A stretch of 47,011 nucleotides of DNA from Candidatus Aphodosoma sp. (GCA_045645785.1 JAZRJN010000043.1:1-47011); one strand, 5' to 3'. Numbered from the stretch's first letter, positions 34,952 to 44,100 are shown. A program made the numbers and translations. Notes: generated from the sequence alone by a model not told the origin.

Positions 34952-36682
34952 TTATATATTATTAATTTTTGAATAATATTTCATAAAACCAACACCCATT
35001 ATATTTTTAATATCCTCATCACAATAACCTCGACGGATAAGTTCCATTGTAATATTTATCAACTCGCTCGAGTCATTACATCCTAATACTCCACCGCCAC
35101 CGTCAAAATCAGAACCTATACCAATGTATTCACTTCCAACCAATTTTACCATATAATCAATATGGTCACAAATTGTATTTATATCCGCTCGGCCATCTTT
35201 AGCGAGAAAATAATTATACAAACAAACATGTATTCGACCGCCGCTCTTTGCCAATTTTACAATCAAATCATCACTCATATTACGAGGATGATCACACAAA
35301 GCCTTGGCTGAAGTATGAGTTGCTATAATAGGTTGTGTACTAAACTCTATTGCTTGTTCTATAGTCGAATCTGCCGCATGCGATACATCCACCATCATAC
35401 CCAAACGATTCATTTCACGAATCACCTCACGTCCAAAATCCGACAATCCACCATGTGTATTGCTGCCTCGTGCCGAATCACACAAATCATTATCGCCATT
35501 ATGACAGAGTGTAATATAACGTACACCCATATCATAAAATTTCTCCACATTACGAATATCGCCAGCGAGGGCAAAGCCATTCTCAAGTCCAAAACAAACA
35601 TTAACCATTTGTGGCTTAATCCCAGAAAGTTGAGTATTAAACCTTACCTTTTCAGGATATTTATCCACCTGCTCACGCAAACGCGTAAATATTTCAACCG
35701 CCACATTATGTGCCTCTTCTGCTTTTTGATTATAATCAGGCGAATCAAGTGGCACTTGTGGCAAATAAGCAACCATAAACGTACACGCCACATCGCCATC
35801 ATTCATCTTCACAAAGTCAACCTTCACTTCATCTGGATTTTGACGCACACCAAGATCAGTTGCCTCAGTCCACACCATTGGTGTATCTGTATGAGTATCA
35901 ACCACTGACGATGTACGATGAATAGCACGAGCACGACGATATACCGAAGCCTCATCCACCAACCAATTAAACAAAGCAGCCTCCTCTGGATGCTCTTTAT
36001 ACAAATTTTCAGGATGCCATTGCACGCCTATCATCTTATAACCTGGAACTTCAATAGCCTCTACAATACTATCAGGAGCAAAACCTACTGCTCTACACGA
36101 TGGAGCAATATTCCTTAGCGACTGATGATGAAACGTATTCACTTCAACAATCTGTCTACCCATCACCTGCGCAATCAACGACCCTGGTGCCAATTCCACC
36201 GCATGAGCCACCTCACTACGAGGCTGATCTCCTTGAGAATGATTCAAAAGTTGTGAGTTTTCAGTCTCGTATCTCATGTCTCGTGTCTTACCCTCTATTT
36301 GGGTATAAATATCTTGATATATATCACCTCCAAACTCAATATTCATAGCCTGCATACCACGACAAATACCCAACATAGGCATACAACGCATACGCGTTAA
36401 ACGTACCAACGCCAAGTCAAACTCATCCCTCAACGCACATGGCTTACCGCTTTGAGGCATCAATTCCTCTCCCCAATATTTTGGGTCAATATCACCACCA
36501 CCAGTCAACAACACACCATCGACCATATCAAGCAAATTATTCAAAATCTGCTCATTATCAGTCACTGGAAATACTACTGGCGTAGCACCTGCATCAATAA
36601 TACACTGCACATACGCAGGCACCAATCTATGCGCCTCTTCCCACCATCCCGAAGAAATACCTATTTTTAATTCATAATTCAT
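34952..36682 (-). CDS. Fusion protein: class I glutamine amidotransferase-like peptidase C26 (gamma-glutamyl hydrolase family) + membrane dipeptidase M19
   Basis: 576-aa ORF. The N-terminal half has MLGICRGMQAMN (C26 nucleophile elbow). The C-terminal half has VVDTHTDTP..., LCHNGDNDL and GIGSDFDG, typical of M19 dipeptidases. Its stop is 1 nt from the SPOR start. Confidence 0.85.
   Translation of the reverse strand: MNYELKIGISSGWWEEAHRLVPAYVQCIIDAGATPVVFPVTDNEQILNNLLDMVDGVLLTGGGDIDPKYWGEELMPQSGKPCALRDEFDLALVRLTRMRCMPMLGICRGMQAMNIEFGGDIYQDIYTQIEGKTRDMRYETENSQLLNHSQGDQPRSEVAHAVELAPGSLIAQVMGRQIVEVNTFHHQSLRNIAPSCRAVGFAPDSIVEAIEVPGYKMIGVQWHPENLYKEHPEEAALFNWLVDEASVYRRARAIHRTSSVVDTHTDTPMVWTEATDLGVRQNPDEVKVDFVKMNDGDVACTFMVAYLPQVPLDSPDYNQKAEEAHNVAVEIFTRLREQVDKYPEKVRFNTQLSGIKPQMVNVCFGLENGFALAGDIRNVEKFYDMGVRYITLCHNGDNDLCDSARGSNTHGGLSDFGREVIREMNRLGMMVDVSHAADSTIEQAIEFSTQPIIATHTSAKALCDHPRNMSDDLIVKLAKSGGRIHVCLYNYFLAKDGRADINTICDHIDYMVKLVGSEYIGIGSDFDGGGGVLGCNDSSELINITMELIRRGYCDEDIKNIMGVGFMKYYSKINNI
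36264..36291 (+). repeat. Heptad array GTCTCGT-class x4 inside the C26-M19 gene
   Basis: gtctcgt atctcat gtctcgt gtcttac; encodes GKTRDMRYET. Its unit is the reverse complement of the GACACGA class at 6631-6654, so it is an opposite-orientation copy of that class. Confidence 0.8.
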
Positions 36683-36737
36683 AATGCATAATTCATAATT
36701 AAAAAATCCTTACTCACTGCACCCTATTCTTTGTTCC
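36671..36737 (+). repeat. Composite: CATAATK heptads x4 + S-like module + TTGTTCC heptads
   Basis: ttcataa ttcataa tgcataa ttcataa tt | aaaaaatccttactcactgcaccc | tattct ttgttcc. It contains the C26-M19 start codon (36680-36682) and abuts the ABC permease stop (36738). Confidence 0.9.
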
Positions 36738-38084
<1,347 letters not shown>

Positions 38085-38178
38085 TTTTCATTTATTTTTT
38101 GAACGTAAATTTTCATTAATCACCCATTAATTCTTTATAATTTACGATTAATTTACAATAATTTATGTTCATAAAAAC

Positions 38179-39591
38179 CTACAACAACGGCGAAATCAAC
38201 CTCGCTAATGACTCCACACATCTCTTATGCCACTTCCTATGACGCCAAAGATTCACATTCAACTGACGTGAACTCTCCATATCCCTATCAAAACCCTCAA
38301 CCAAACATTTCGCTGTCTTTTCGCCATAAACAAATGCTGCAATCTCAAAATTCTGTTCATACGAACGAGTATCCATATTGGCGGTACCCACAATCGACAA
38401 ATATCCATCCACCACAATCGCCTTCGAATGCAAAAAATTATGTTGATAATAATAAACCTCAACACCAGCACGCAAAAGGCTCTCAATATAACTACGCCCT
38501 GCTGCCGCCACAATCTTCGAATCATTACGTTCAGGTATCATCACACGCACCCTCACACCTGACAAAGCAGCCGACTCCAAAGCATTCATAACAGGCTCAG
38601 GTGGCATATAATAAGGCGTGTGGATAAGTATCTCCTTTTCAGCCTTCGACACTGCCGCTACAATTCCCTGCATCACATTGCGCCAATCCGAATCTGGTCC
38701 CGAAGTAACAACCTGCACTTTCTCACCATCCTCAAAACAAGGCACCTCAGGATAATATTTCTTATCAGTAACAACCTTACCATCCACAAAACTCCAATCC
38801 ATCAAAAACGAATACTGCATCGAATGCACCGCAGGTCCCTCAACCCTCACAAACGTATCACGCCACAACCCCAATCGATTACCCCAGCGATAACGCTCCG
38901 CCAAATTCATACCCCCCGTATATGCCACTCGACCGTCAACAACCACCAATTTACGATGATTACGATAATTCAAAAGCGTGAATTTGAATATATTATCTGC
39001 CGCCAAAAACGGATGAATAAACGCACCAGCATTCTTCAACGACATACGCCACGCAATCGGCAACTTCCACGCACCAAGATAGTCATAAATCACACGCACC
39101 CTCACACCCTCACGCGCCTTACGCTCCAATAACTCCCTAAACCTATTACCAAGTTTATCATTTTCAATAATATAAAACTCTACATGAATATGCTCTTTTG
39201 CCTGCTCAATGTCATTATAAAGCGACTTAAAAGCATCAGCACCAGTCGTAAAAACATCCACTTTATTATCATCCGACAAACAAGCACCTGCCGTTTCCGT
39301 CAACAAACTCGCAACCTTACCAAAACGCTCAGGATCATCACAATAACGTGCCGAAATATTAACATTCGGAAAACGCAACTTATTGTTTATTATCTTCTTA
39401 CGACGTAAATCCTGTCCTAAAAACACATAGAGAATTATTCCAACAATCGGCAAAAGAATCATAATCATAATCCACCCAAGCGTCTTCACTGGATTACGAT
39501 TCTCCATAAGAATTGCAGTCAACACCACTAAAGCAATGTAAACATACAACGCAGTAAAACCAAAATAAACTATTTGCCAGAATAATTCCAA
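38179..39591 (-). CDS. cls: Cardiolipin synthase
   Basis: 470-aa ORF with two N-terminal TM helices and two PLD HKD motifs (NYRNHRKLVVVDG and FLHSKAIVVDG). The start codon at 39591-39589 is TTG, and no in-frame ATG exists upstream before a stop. Confidence 0.9.
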   Translation of the reverse strand: MELFWQIVYFGFTALYVYIALVVLTAILMENRNPVKTLGWIMIMILLPIVGIILYVFLGQDLRRKKIINNKLRFPNVNISARYCDDPERFGKVASLLTETAGACLSDDNKVDVFTTGADAFKSLYNDIEQAKEHIHVEFYIIENDKLGNRFRELLERKAREGVRVRVIYDYLGAWKLPIAWRMSLKNAGAFIHPFLAADNIFKFTLLNYRNHRKLVVVDGRVAYTGGMNLAERYRWGNRLGLWRDTFVRVEGPAVHSMQYSFLMDWSFVDGKVVTDKKYYPEVPCFEDGEKVQVVTSGPDSDWRNVMQGIVAAVSKAEKEILIHTPYYMPPEPVMNALESAALSGVRVRVMIPERNDSKIVAAAGRSYIESLLRAGVEVYYYQHNFLHSKAIVVDGYLSIVGTANMDTRSYEQNFEIAAFVYGEKTAKCLVEGFDRDMESSRQLNVNLWRHRKWHKRCVESLARLISPLL

Positions 39592-39596
39592 AATAT

Positions 39597-39631
39597 AATG
39601 GTTAGAGGTTAATGGTTAGAGATTAGAGTAG
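39597..39631 (+). repeat. Period-7 array AATGGTT AGAGGTT AATGGTT AGAGATT AGAGTAG
   Basis: Read directly. It spans the cls-ribD gap and the last 7 codons plus the stop of ribD (TLISNH-stop). Confidence 0.85.
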
Positions 39632-40646
39632 GAGCTTTAACACCTTTTGCATCTGGATTAACTCCAAGTTTCACAGAATTCGGTCCTTTCTCAATACGTG
39701 CCTCATCCCACAAACCAGAATCAATCACTGTCTGCAACCACTTAGCTCCCCCCTCAATTATTATTGATAAAATGTTTCGTTTCGCCAATTCTTTCAAAAT
39801 AGTCTCCACAATCTTATCATCAAAATCAATCCCCACATACTCAACATTCTCTCGCATCAACCGTTGATTGTTGACTGTTGATTGTTGACTATAAAACACT
39901 ATAGTTTTCGCCGCCGAATCAAAAATCCTATAATCCGCCGGCACACGCAAAGTCCTATCCAACAACACACGTACAGGATTTTTACCAGCCCATTTAGTTA
40001 CAGTCAAATGAGGGTCATCAAGCAAAGCCGTATTCGTAGCCACCATAATAGCATCCTCCTCCACACGCACTTGATGATTCAAAGTCTTTGTAACAGAGTT
40101 GCTTATCCTTATAGGACCATTACCCTTTTCCGTACGACACACATCAATTATACCATCCTCAGTTTCAGCCCATTTCAATATCACATACGGACGATGCTTC
40201 TCTTGCACCGCCATAAACCTACGATTAAGCCAACGAGCCTCCTCTTCCAACACACCCACAGTTACCTCAATACCAGCATCTTGAAGAATTTTCACGCCAC
40301 GACCAGCCACCTTCGGATTAGGGTCAAGCGTAGCAATCACCACTCGTTTCAACCCCTTACGCACAATCAAATCAGCACAAGGCGGAGTTTTTCCCCAATG
40401 CGAACAAGGCTCAAGCGACACATACATCGTAGCCTCTTTCAATAGCGATTCATCTCTAACAGAAGTAATTGCATTAGGCTCAGCATGTGGCTCTCCTGCA
40501 CGATGATGATACCCTTCTCCTATAATCTTACCATCATACACAATCACAGCCCCCACCATAGGATTAGGCGACGTTTGCCCCTCAGCCATAGCAGCCAACT
40601 GCAAACACCGCATCATATACAATTCATCTTGCTTTTTATCCATCAT
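39609..40646 (-). CDS. ribD: Bifunctional diaminohydroxyphosphoribosylaminopyrimidine deaminase / 5-amino-6-(5-phosphoribosylamino)uracil reductase
   Basis: 345-aa ORF with CDA zinc motifs HAEPNAI and EPCSHWGKTPPC, plus a C-terminal RibD reductase domain. Confidence 0.95.
   Translation of the reverse strand: MMDKKQDELYMMRCLQLAAMAEGQTSPNPMVGAVIVYDGKIIGEGYHHRAGEPHAEPNAITSVRDESLLKEATMYVSLEPCSHWGKTPPCADLIVRKGLKRVVIATLDPNPKVAGRGVKILQDAGIEVTVGVLEEEARWLNRRFMAVQEKHRPYVILKWAETEDGIIDVCRTEKGNGPIRISNSVTKTLNHQVRVEEDAIMVATNTALLDDPHLTVTKWAGKNPVRVLLDRTLRVPADYRIFDSAAKTIVFYSQQSTVNNQRLMRENVEYVGIDFDDKIVETILKELAKRNILSIIIEGGAKWLQTVIDSGLWDEARIEKGPNSVKLGVNPDAKGVKAPTLISNH
39863..39893 (+). repeat. Heptad array GTTGATT/GTTGACT x4 inside ribD
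   Basis: gttgatt gttgact gttgatt gttgact ata; encodes YSQQSTVNNQR in the reductase domain. Same class as the TTGACTR array at 14594-14642. Confidence 0.9.
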
Positions 40647-40667
40647 ACCAATATCCCAAATAACTTA

Positions 40668-40698
40668 CAAAGTTAGTGATTTTCAGTGAAACAACAAA
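40668..40698 (-). promoter_or_regulatory. Bacteroidota-type promoter for ribD
   Basis: On minus: TTTG (plus 40695-40698), a 19-nt spacer, then TAACTTTG (plus 40668-40675); lies 22 nt upstream of the ATG at 40646. Confidence 0.5.
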
Positions 40699-40734
40699 AG
40701 AAAAATGACATTTTTTGCTACTTTCAACAATTAA

Positions 40735-40914
40735 TTACTCTGGTTTGAGGATTTTGTTAATGTCGGCTTCGACTTTGGTGAGTTGTTTGCGGCAATCAGC
40801 TATAAGTTTTGTAGCAGTTTTTACGTTTGCTGCCAATTGGTCTATAGAGAGTTGACCGCTTTCGATTTCAGAGACTATTTGCTCTAATTGTTTGAGTTGT
40901 TCGTTGTAAGACAT
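40735..40914 (-). CDS. xseB: Exodeoxyribonuclease VII small subunit
   Basis: Below the 60-aa cut-off of the ORF track. My translation gives 59 aa: MSYNEQLKQLEQIVSEIESGQLSIDQLAANVKTATKLIADCRKQLTKVEADINKILKPE. This shows the typical XseB coiled coil, and the gene sits directly downstream of xseA. Confidence 0.85.
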   Translation of the reverse strand: MSYNEQLKQLEQIVSEIESGQLSIDQLAANVKTATKLIADCRKQLTKVEADINKILKPE

Positions 40915-40949
40915 AATTAAGAATTAAGAGTTGAGAATTGAAAACTAAA
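40915..40949 (+). repeat. Heptad array AATTAAG AATTAAG AGTTGAG AATTGAA AACTAAA
   Basis: It starts at the base next to the xseB start codon and fills most of the xseA-xseB gap. Confidence 0.85.
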
Positions 40950-40991
40950 TGTTCTAGTCACCCTATAAAAACTAGATATTTTGGAAATTTT

Positions 40992-42431
40992 TCATTTAAC
41001 TATACTATCAATGGTGCCATCAGCAAGGGTGGTAGTGATGATTTCGCCGGGTTGGAGTTGGGTAATGGAGGTTATGAGTTTGCCTTTATGAGTGGTGTAG
41101 GAGTAGCCTTTCTTGAGTAGTTGTTGCGGGTCAAGAAGTTGAAGTTTGGTTTCAAGCAGTGTTAGACGAGATTGTTGTGATTGCAAAAGGCTATTTACAG
41201 CAACAGCAAGCTGAGTGTTTTTTTGGTCGAGATATGTGCGATTTTTTACGATTAAATCGGCTGTTTTTAGTTGTAACCGATGTTGTAAGTCGGTAAGATG
41301 ATTTGCGGAGTGAGTAAGCGTGCGTTGAACAGATTGTGGTAATCGAGTAGAAAGTAACAATAAATAATTTTTCTCTTGCTCTATACGATGAATGACTGAA
41401 TTTTGCATTTTTTCTGCCATTTCATCGAGAAAATTCAATACTTCAAGTGATGACGATATAATAAATTCAGCCACTGCAGTTGGTGTTTTAAGAGCTGTAT
41501 GCGCCACCATATCGAGAATAGTTTCATCGCGATGATGACCTATACCTGCGATTATTGGCAAAGGGAAATTAGCACAACACTCGGCGAGGCGTTCACTATC
41601 GAAGGCTTGAAGGTCGGAAGTTGCTCCGCCACCACGAATAATAACAACAAGTTGAAAGTTGAAAGTTGAAAGTTGAAAGTTATTAACCCCCTCCGCTCTG
41701 CGAGCTCGTCCTCCTAAGACAGAGGGAGAATTTTTTATACCTCCCACAGAAATATTTTTGCTCACGGAACCCACAGAACACACGGAAGTTAATTTCTCGC
41801 TTTGCTCGAAATTTCTTTTAATAATATCAAGGGCAGAGAGGATGCTTTCTTCGGTTTGGGTGCCTTGCATTACGGCAGGGAAAAAAGTTACGGAATATTG
41901 AAAACCGTAAGGATTATTGTTGAGTTGGTGAAGAAAATCGGTATAACCTGCGGCTGTAGGACTTGAAATAACTGCTATACGCTGAATTGGTCGAGGGAGA
42001 GGCAATTGGCTATTTTTACCGATTAAACCGCGCTTTTTTAATCGCTCAATTATCTCAAGACGACGACGTTGAAGTTCGCCAAGAGTATAAGTTGGATCGA
42101 TATCTCTAACATTAAGACTAAGTCCATAAAGTTCATGAAACTCAACCGACACTTCGACAAGAATTTTCATCCCCACTTGGAAAGTAGAATTAGTAGCCGA
42201 TTGAAACTTTTGAAGCAAAAATCGATAAGTTGATGCCCAGATTGTTGCTCGCTGTTTGGCAATGATTTGGTCAGAATCGGGATGTTTCTCTATCAAATCT
42301 AAATAGCAATGACCTGAGTAGTTAGTCGAAATACTATTAATTTCAGCACGTACCCATAACGTTGTGGGAATCACCATGTGAAGTGATTCCTTGATTGTTT
42401 GATTTAGTCGATAGAGAGATAGAGAGTTCAT
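40992..42431 (-). CDS. xseA: Exodeoxyribonuclease VII large subunit (carries a repeat-derived insertion of about 50 aa)
   Basis: The track ORF starts at a GTG (42557) with a non-homologous-looking extension. The ATG at 42431 gives MNSLSLYRLNQTIKESL..., the usual XseA start (OB fold). Catalytic-domain motif IIRGGGATSDLQAFD and a long C-terminal coiled coil are present. Confidence 0.9.
   Translation of the reverse strand: MNSLSLYRLNQTIKESLHMVIPTTLWVRAEINSISTNYSGHCYLDLIEKHPDSDQIIAKQRATIWASTYRFLLQKFQSATNSTFQVGMKILVEVSVEFHELYGLSLNVRDIDPTYTLGELQRRRLEIIERLKKRGLIGKNSQLPLPRPIQRIAVISSPTAAGYTDFLHQLNNNPYGFQYSVTFFPAVMQGTQTEESILSALDIIKRNFEQSEKLTSVCSVGSVSKNISVGGIKNSPSVLGGRARRAEGVNNFQLSTFNFQLVVIIRGGGATSDLQAFDSERLAECCANFPLPIIAGIGHHRDETILDMVAHTALKTPTAVAEFIISSSLEVLNFLDEMAEKMQNSVIHRIEQEKNYLLLLSTRLPQSVQRTLTHSANHLTDLQHRLQLKTADLIVKNRTYLDQKNTQLAVAVNSLLQSQQSRLTLLETKLQLLDPQQLLKKGYSYTTHKGKLITSITQLQPGEIITTTLADGTIDSIVK
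41650..41808 (+). repeat. 159-nt mosaic element inside xseA: AGTTGAA x4 + C-tract + hairpin + CACGGAA-like units + S-like module
   Basis: agttgaa x4 agttatt | aaccccctcc | gctctgcgagctcgtcctcctaagacagagggag | ...ctcacggaacccacagaacacacggaag | ttaatttctcgctttgctcg. Every module recurs in intergenic copies elsewhere in the window. Confidence 0.9.
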
Positions 42432-42712
42432 TTTTTCTACGTTACTTTTGTCATTGCGCAAAAGTAACCAAAACGCTAGTGCTGTGCTTAAAAATGCTAA
42501 AGGATAGCAATAAATCCTATAGCGATTAAAACTCGGACAAACAAACTGCTTCTTCACAATTCAATACTTGCCCATAAATCTCATGCCTCGTTCATCGCCA
42601 ATATAACCTCGCCAAAAATCGCTACTTAACGGATTTATTACTACCCTTTTAATCGCATTTTTAAGACAAGGCACGATTACCATTCGGCATTATCCTTATT
42701 GTTATAAAAAAT

Positions 42713-43858
42713 TTATAATAGTATTGCACCGCCGAGGACGTCGGTATAGTTGTCGCCACAATAGAAAACTACGCTTTGTCCAGGGGTGATGGATTCGATG
42801 TCGTTTTCAAAGACAATTCTTACCAATGAGGAATGAGGAATGAGGAATGAGGAATTATCACCCCCCTCCACATTCGCTTGCGGACGCTTGAGCCGGGCGT
42901 CCCTACTTGGAAATTCGGATGCATCGACATGATAGAGGTGGGCAAGACCGGGACAGGATTTGTAGCGGACTTTTGCCATCACGGTTTGTCCGTCGATGAA
43001 ATCGGAGAATTTCATCATATTTAGGTCGTAAGCATAGCAAGTTTTTATGAGCAAATCCTCCTTACGACCGAGTACAACTTGATTCTTTTGAGCATCGATA
43101 CGAACAACATACATTGGTTCGCCAAGTGCAATGCCAAGACCTTTACGCTGACCTATAGTGTAGTTTGGGAAACCTTGATGTTTGCCCAAAACCTTACCAT
43201 TTATATCGATAAAATCGCCTTTTTTGTACTTTTTATCATAGTCAGGCACATTGGCACGAAGGAAATTGCGATAATCGTTGTCAGGGATAAAACAAATCTC
43301 TTGACTTTCGCCTTTCTTAGATAATTGTTCATAACCATTATCAAGCGCGATTTGGCGCACTTCAGTTTTAGTATATCCACCAAGAGGGAAAAGTGTACGA
43401 GAAAGATTCTCTTGAGTCAAACGCCAGAGGAAATAGGATTGATCCTTGTGCTCGTCGGCTCCTTTACGAATGAAATATCGACCTTCTGGTGTCTTCTCGA
43501 TTTGAGCATAATGACCTGTTGCAATATAAAAACAGCCCAATTCATCGGCAAATTTCTGCAACATACCCCACTTAATATTAGAATTGCACTGCACACAAGG
43601 ATTAGGCGTGCGACCATGAAGATATTCGTCGATGAAATTGCAGATAACAGAATCATGAAACTCACGACGCATATCGAGAGTGTGATGCTCAAAACCCATA
43701 TCTGCAGCCATCTGACGAGCATCAGATACAGCAGGAGAATCGAGAGTTAACTGAGTGAAAGTTACACCTTTAAGTTCGTAACCTTTGCGACGGAGTTCGA
43801 TGGCAGCAACGGAACTATCGATGCCACCACTCATAGCCATAAGTATTTTATTTTTCAT
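42713..43858 (-). CDS. mnmA: tRNA 2-thiouridine(34) synthase (carries a repeat-derived insertion of about 30 aa)
   Basis: 381-aa ORF with PP-loop AMSGGIDSSVAA, conserved CVQCN, and C-terminal ...ITPGQSVVFY. Confidence 0.95.
   Translation of the reverse strand: MKNKILMAMSGGIDSSVAAIELRRKGYELKGVTFTQLTLDSPAVSDARQMAADMGFEHHTLDMRREFHDSVICNFIDEYLHGRTPNPCVQCNSNIKWGMLQKFADELGCFYIATGHYAQIEKTPEGRYFIRKGADEHKDQSYFLWRLTQENLSRTLFPLGGYTKTEVRQIALDNGYEQLSKKGESQEICFIPDNDYRNFLRANVPDYDKKYKKGDFIDINGKVLGKHQGFPNYTIGQRKGLGIALGEPMYVVRIDAQKNQVVLGRKEDLLIKTCYAYDLNMMKFSDFIDGQTVMAKVRYKSCPGLAHLYHVDASEFPSRDARLKRPQANVEGGDNSSFLIPHSSLVRIVFENDIESITPGQSVVFYCGDNYTDVLGGAILL
42825..42912 (+). repeat. 88-nt mosaic element inside mnmA: AATGAGG x4 + C-tract + GC hairpin
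   Basis: aatgagg x4 aattatc | acccccctcc | acattcgctt GCGGACGC ttgagccgg GCGTCC ctacttgg; encodes PSRDARLKRPQANVEGGDNSSFLIPHSS. Confidence 0.9.
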
Positions 43859-43872
43859 ATATTTAGATTGTT

Positions 43873-43955
43873 AGTAGTGAGTAACAAGTAGCAAAATTAC
43901 CATTCGGAATTGTAATTTTTCTCACGGATATTCTGAAACACTTCGCTTTACAGAA
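43873..43955 (+). repeat. Mosaic element in the mnmA leader: GAGTAGC-class heptads + P module + CACGGA/S-like modules
   Basis: agtagtg agtaaca agtagca | ttaccattcggaattgtaattttt | ctcacggatattctgaaacacttcgctttacag; starts 15 nt upstream of the mnmA ATG. Confidence 0.85.
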
Positions 43956-43998
43956 AAGTCCAGAGAAAAAATAAATTTCGTTTGACTAGTATAGAATG

Positions 43999-44006
43999 CA
44001 AAGATA
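43999..44006 (-). promoter_or_regulatory. Candidate -7 box (TATCTTTG) for mnmA
   Basis: Plus caaagata equals minus TATCTTTG. No convincing -33 TTTG at the right spacing. It would give a leader of about 135 nt containing the mosaic element. Confidence 0.35.
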
Positions 44007-44100
44007 ATAAAATTTTGGGAAATAATTTAAAAATCATATTTTTTTGTACGATACAGTAACTTATTATTATTTTTATGTATAGAGTTTGACTTTTTTTTAT

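Noticed and set aside
40647-40734. FMN riboswitch upstream of ribD
   Set aside because: Only 88 nt separate ribD from xseB, too short for an RFN element. The region fits a simple -33/-7 promoter with a leader of about 15 nt. I see no RFN-like conserved stems.
42432-42557. GTG-initiated 42-codon extension of xseA (MKKQFVCPSFNRYRIY...)
   Set aside because: The start codon is GTG and the extension has no resemblance to XseA. It runs through hairpins and a -7 box. The ATG at 42431 gives the typical XseA N-terminus.
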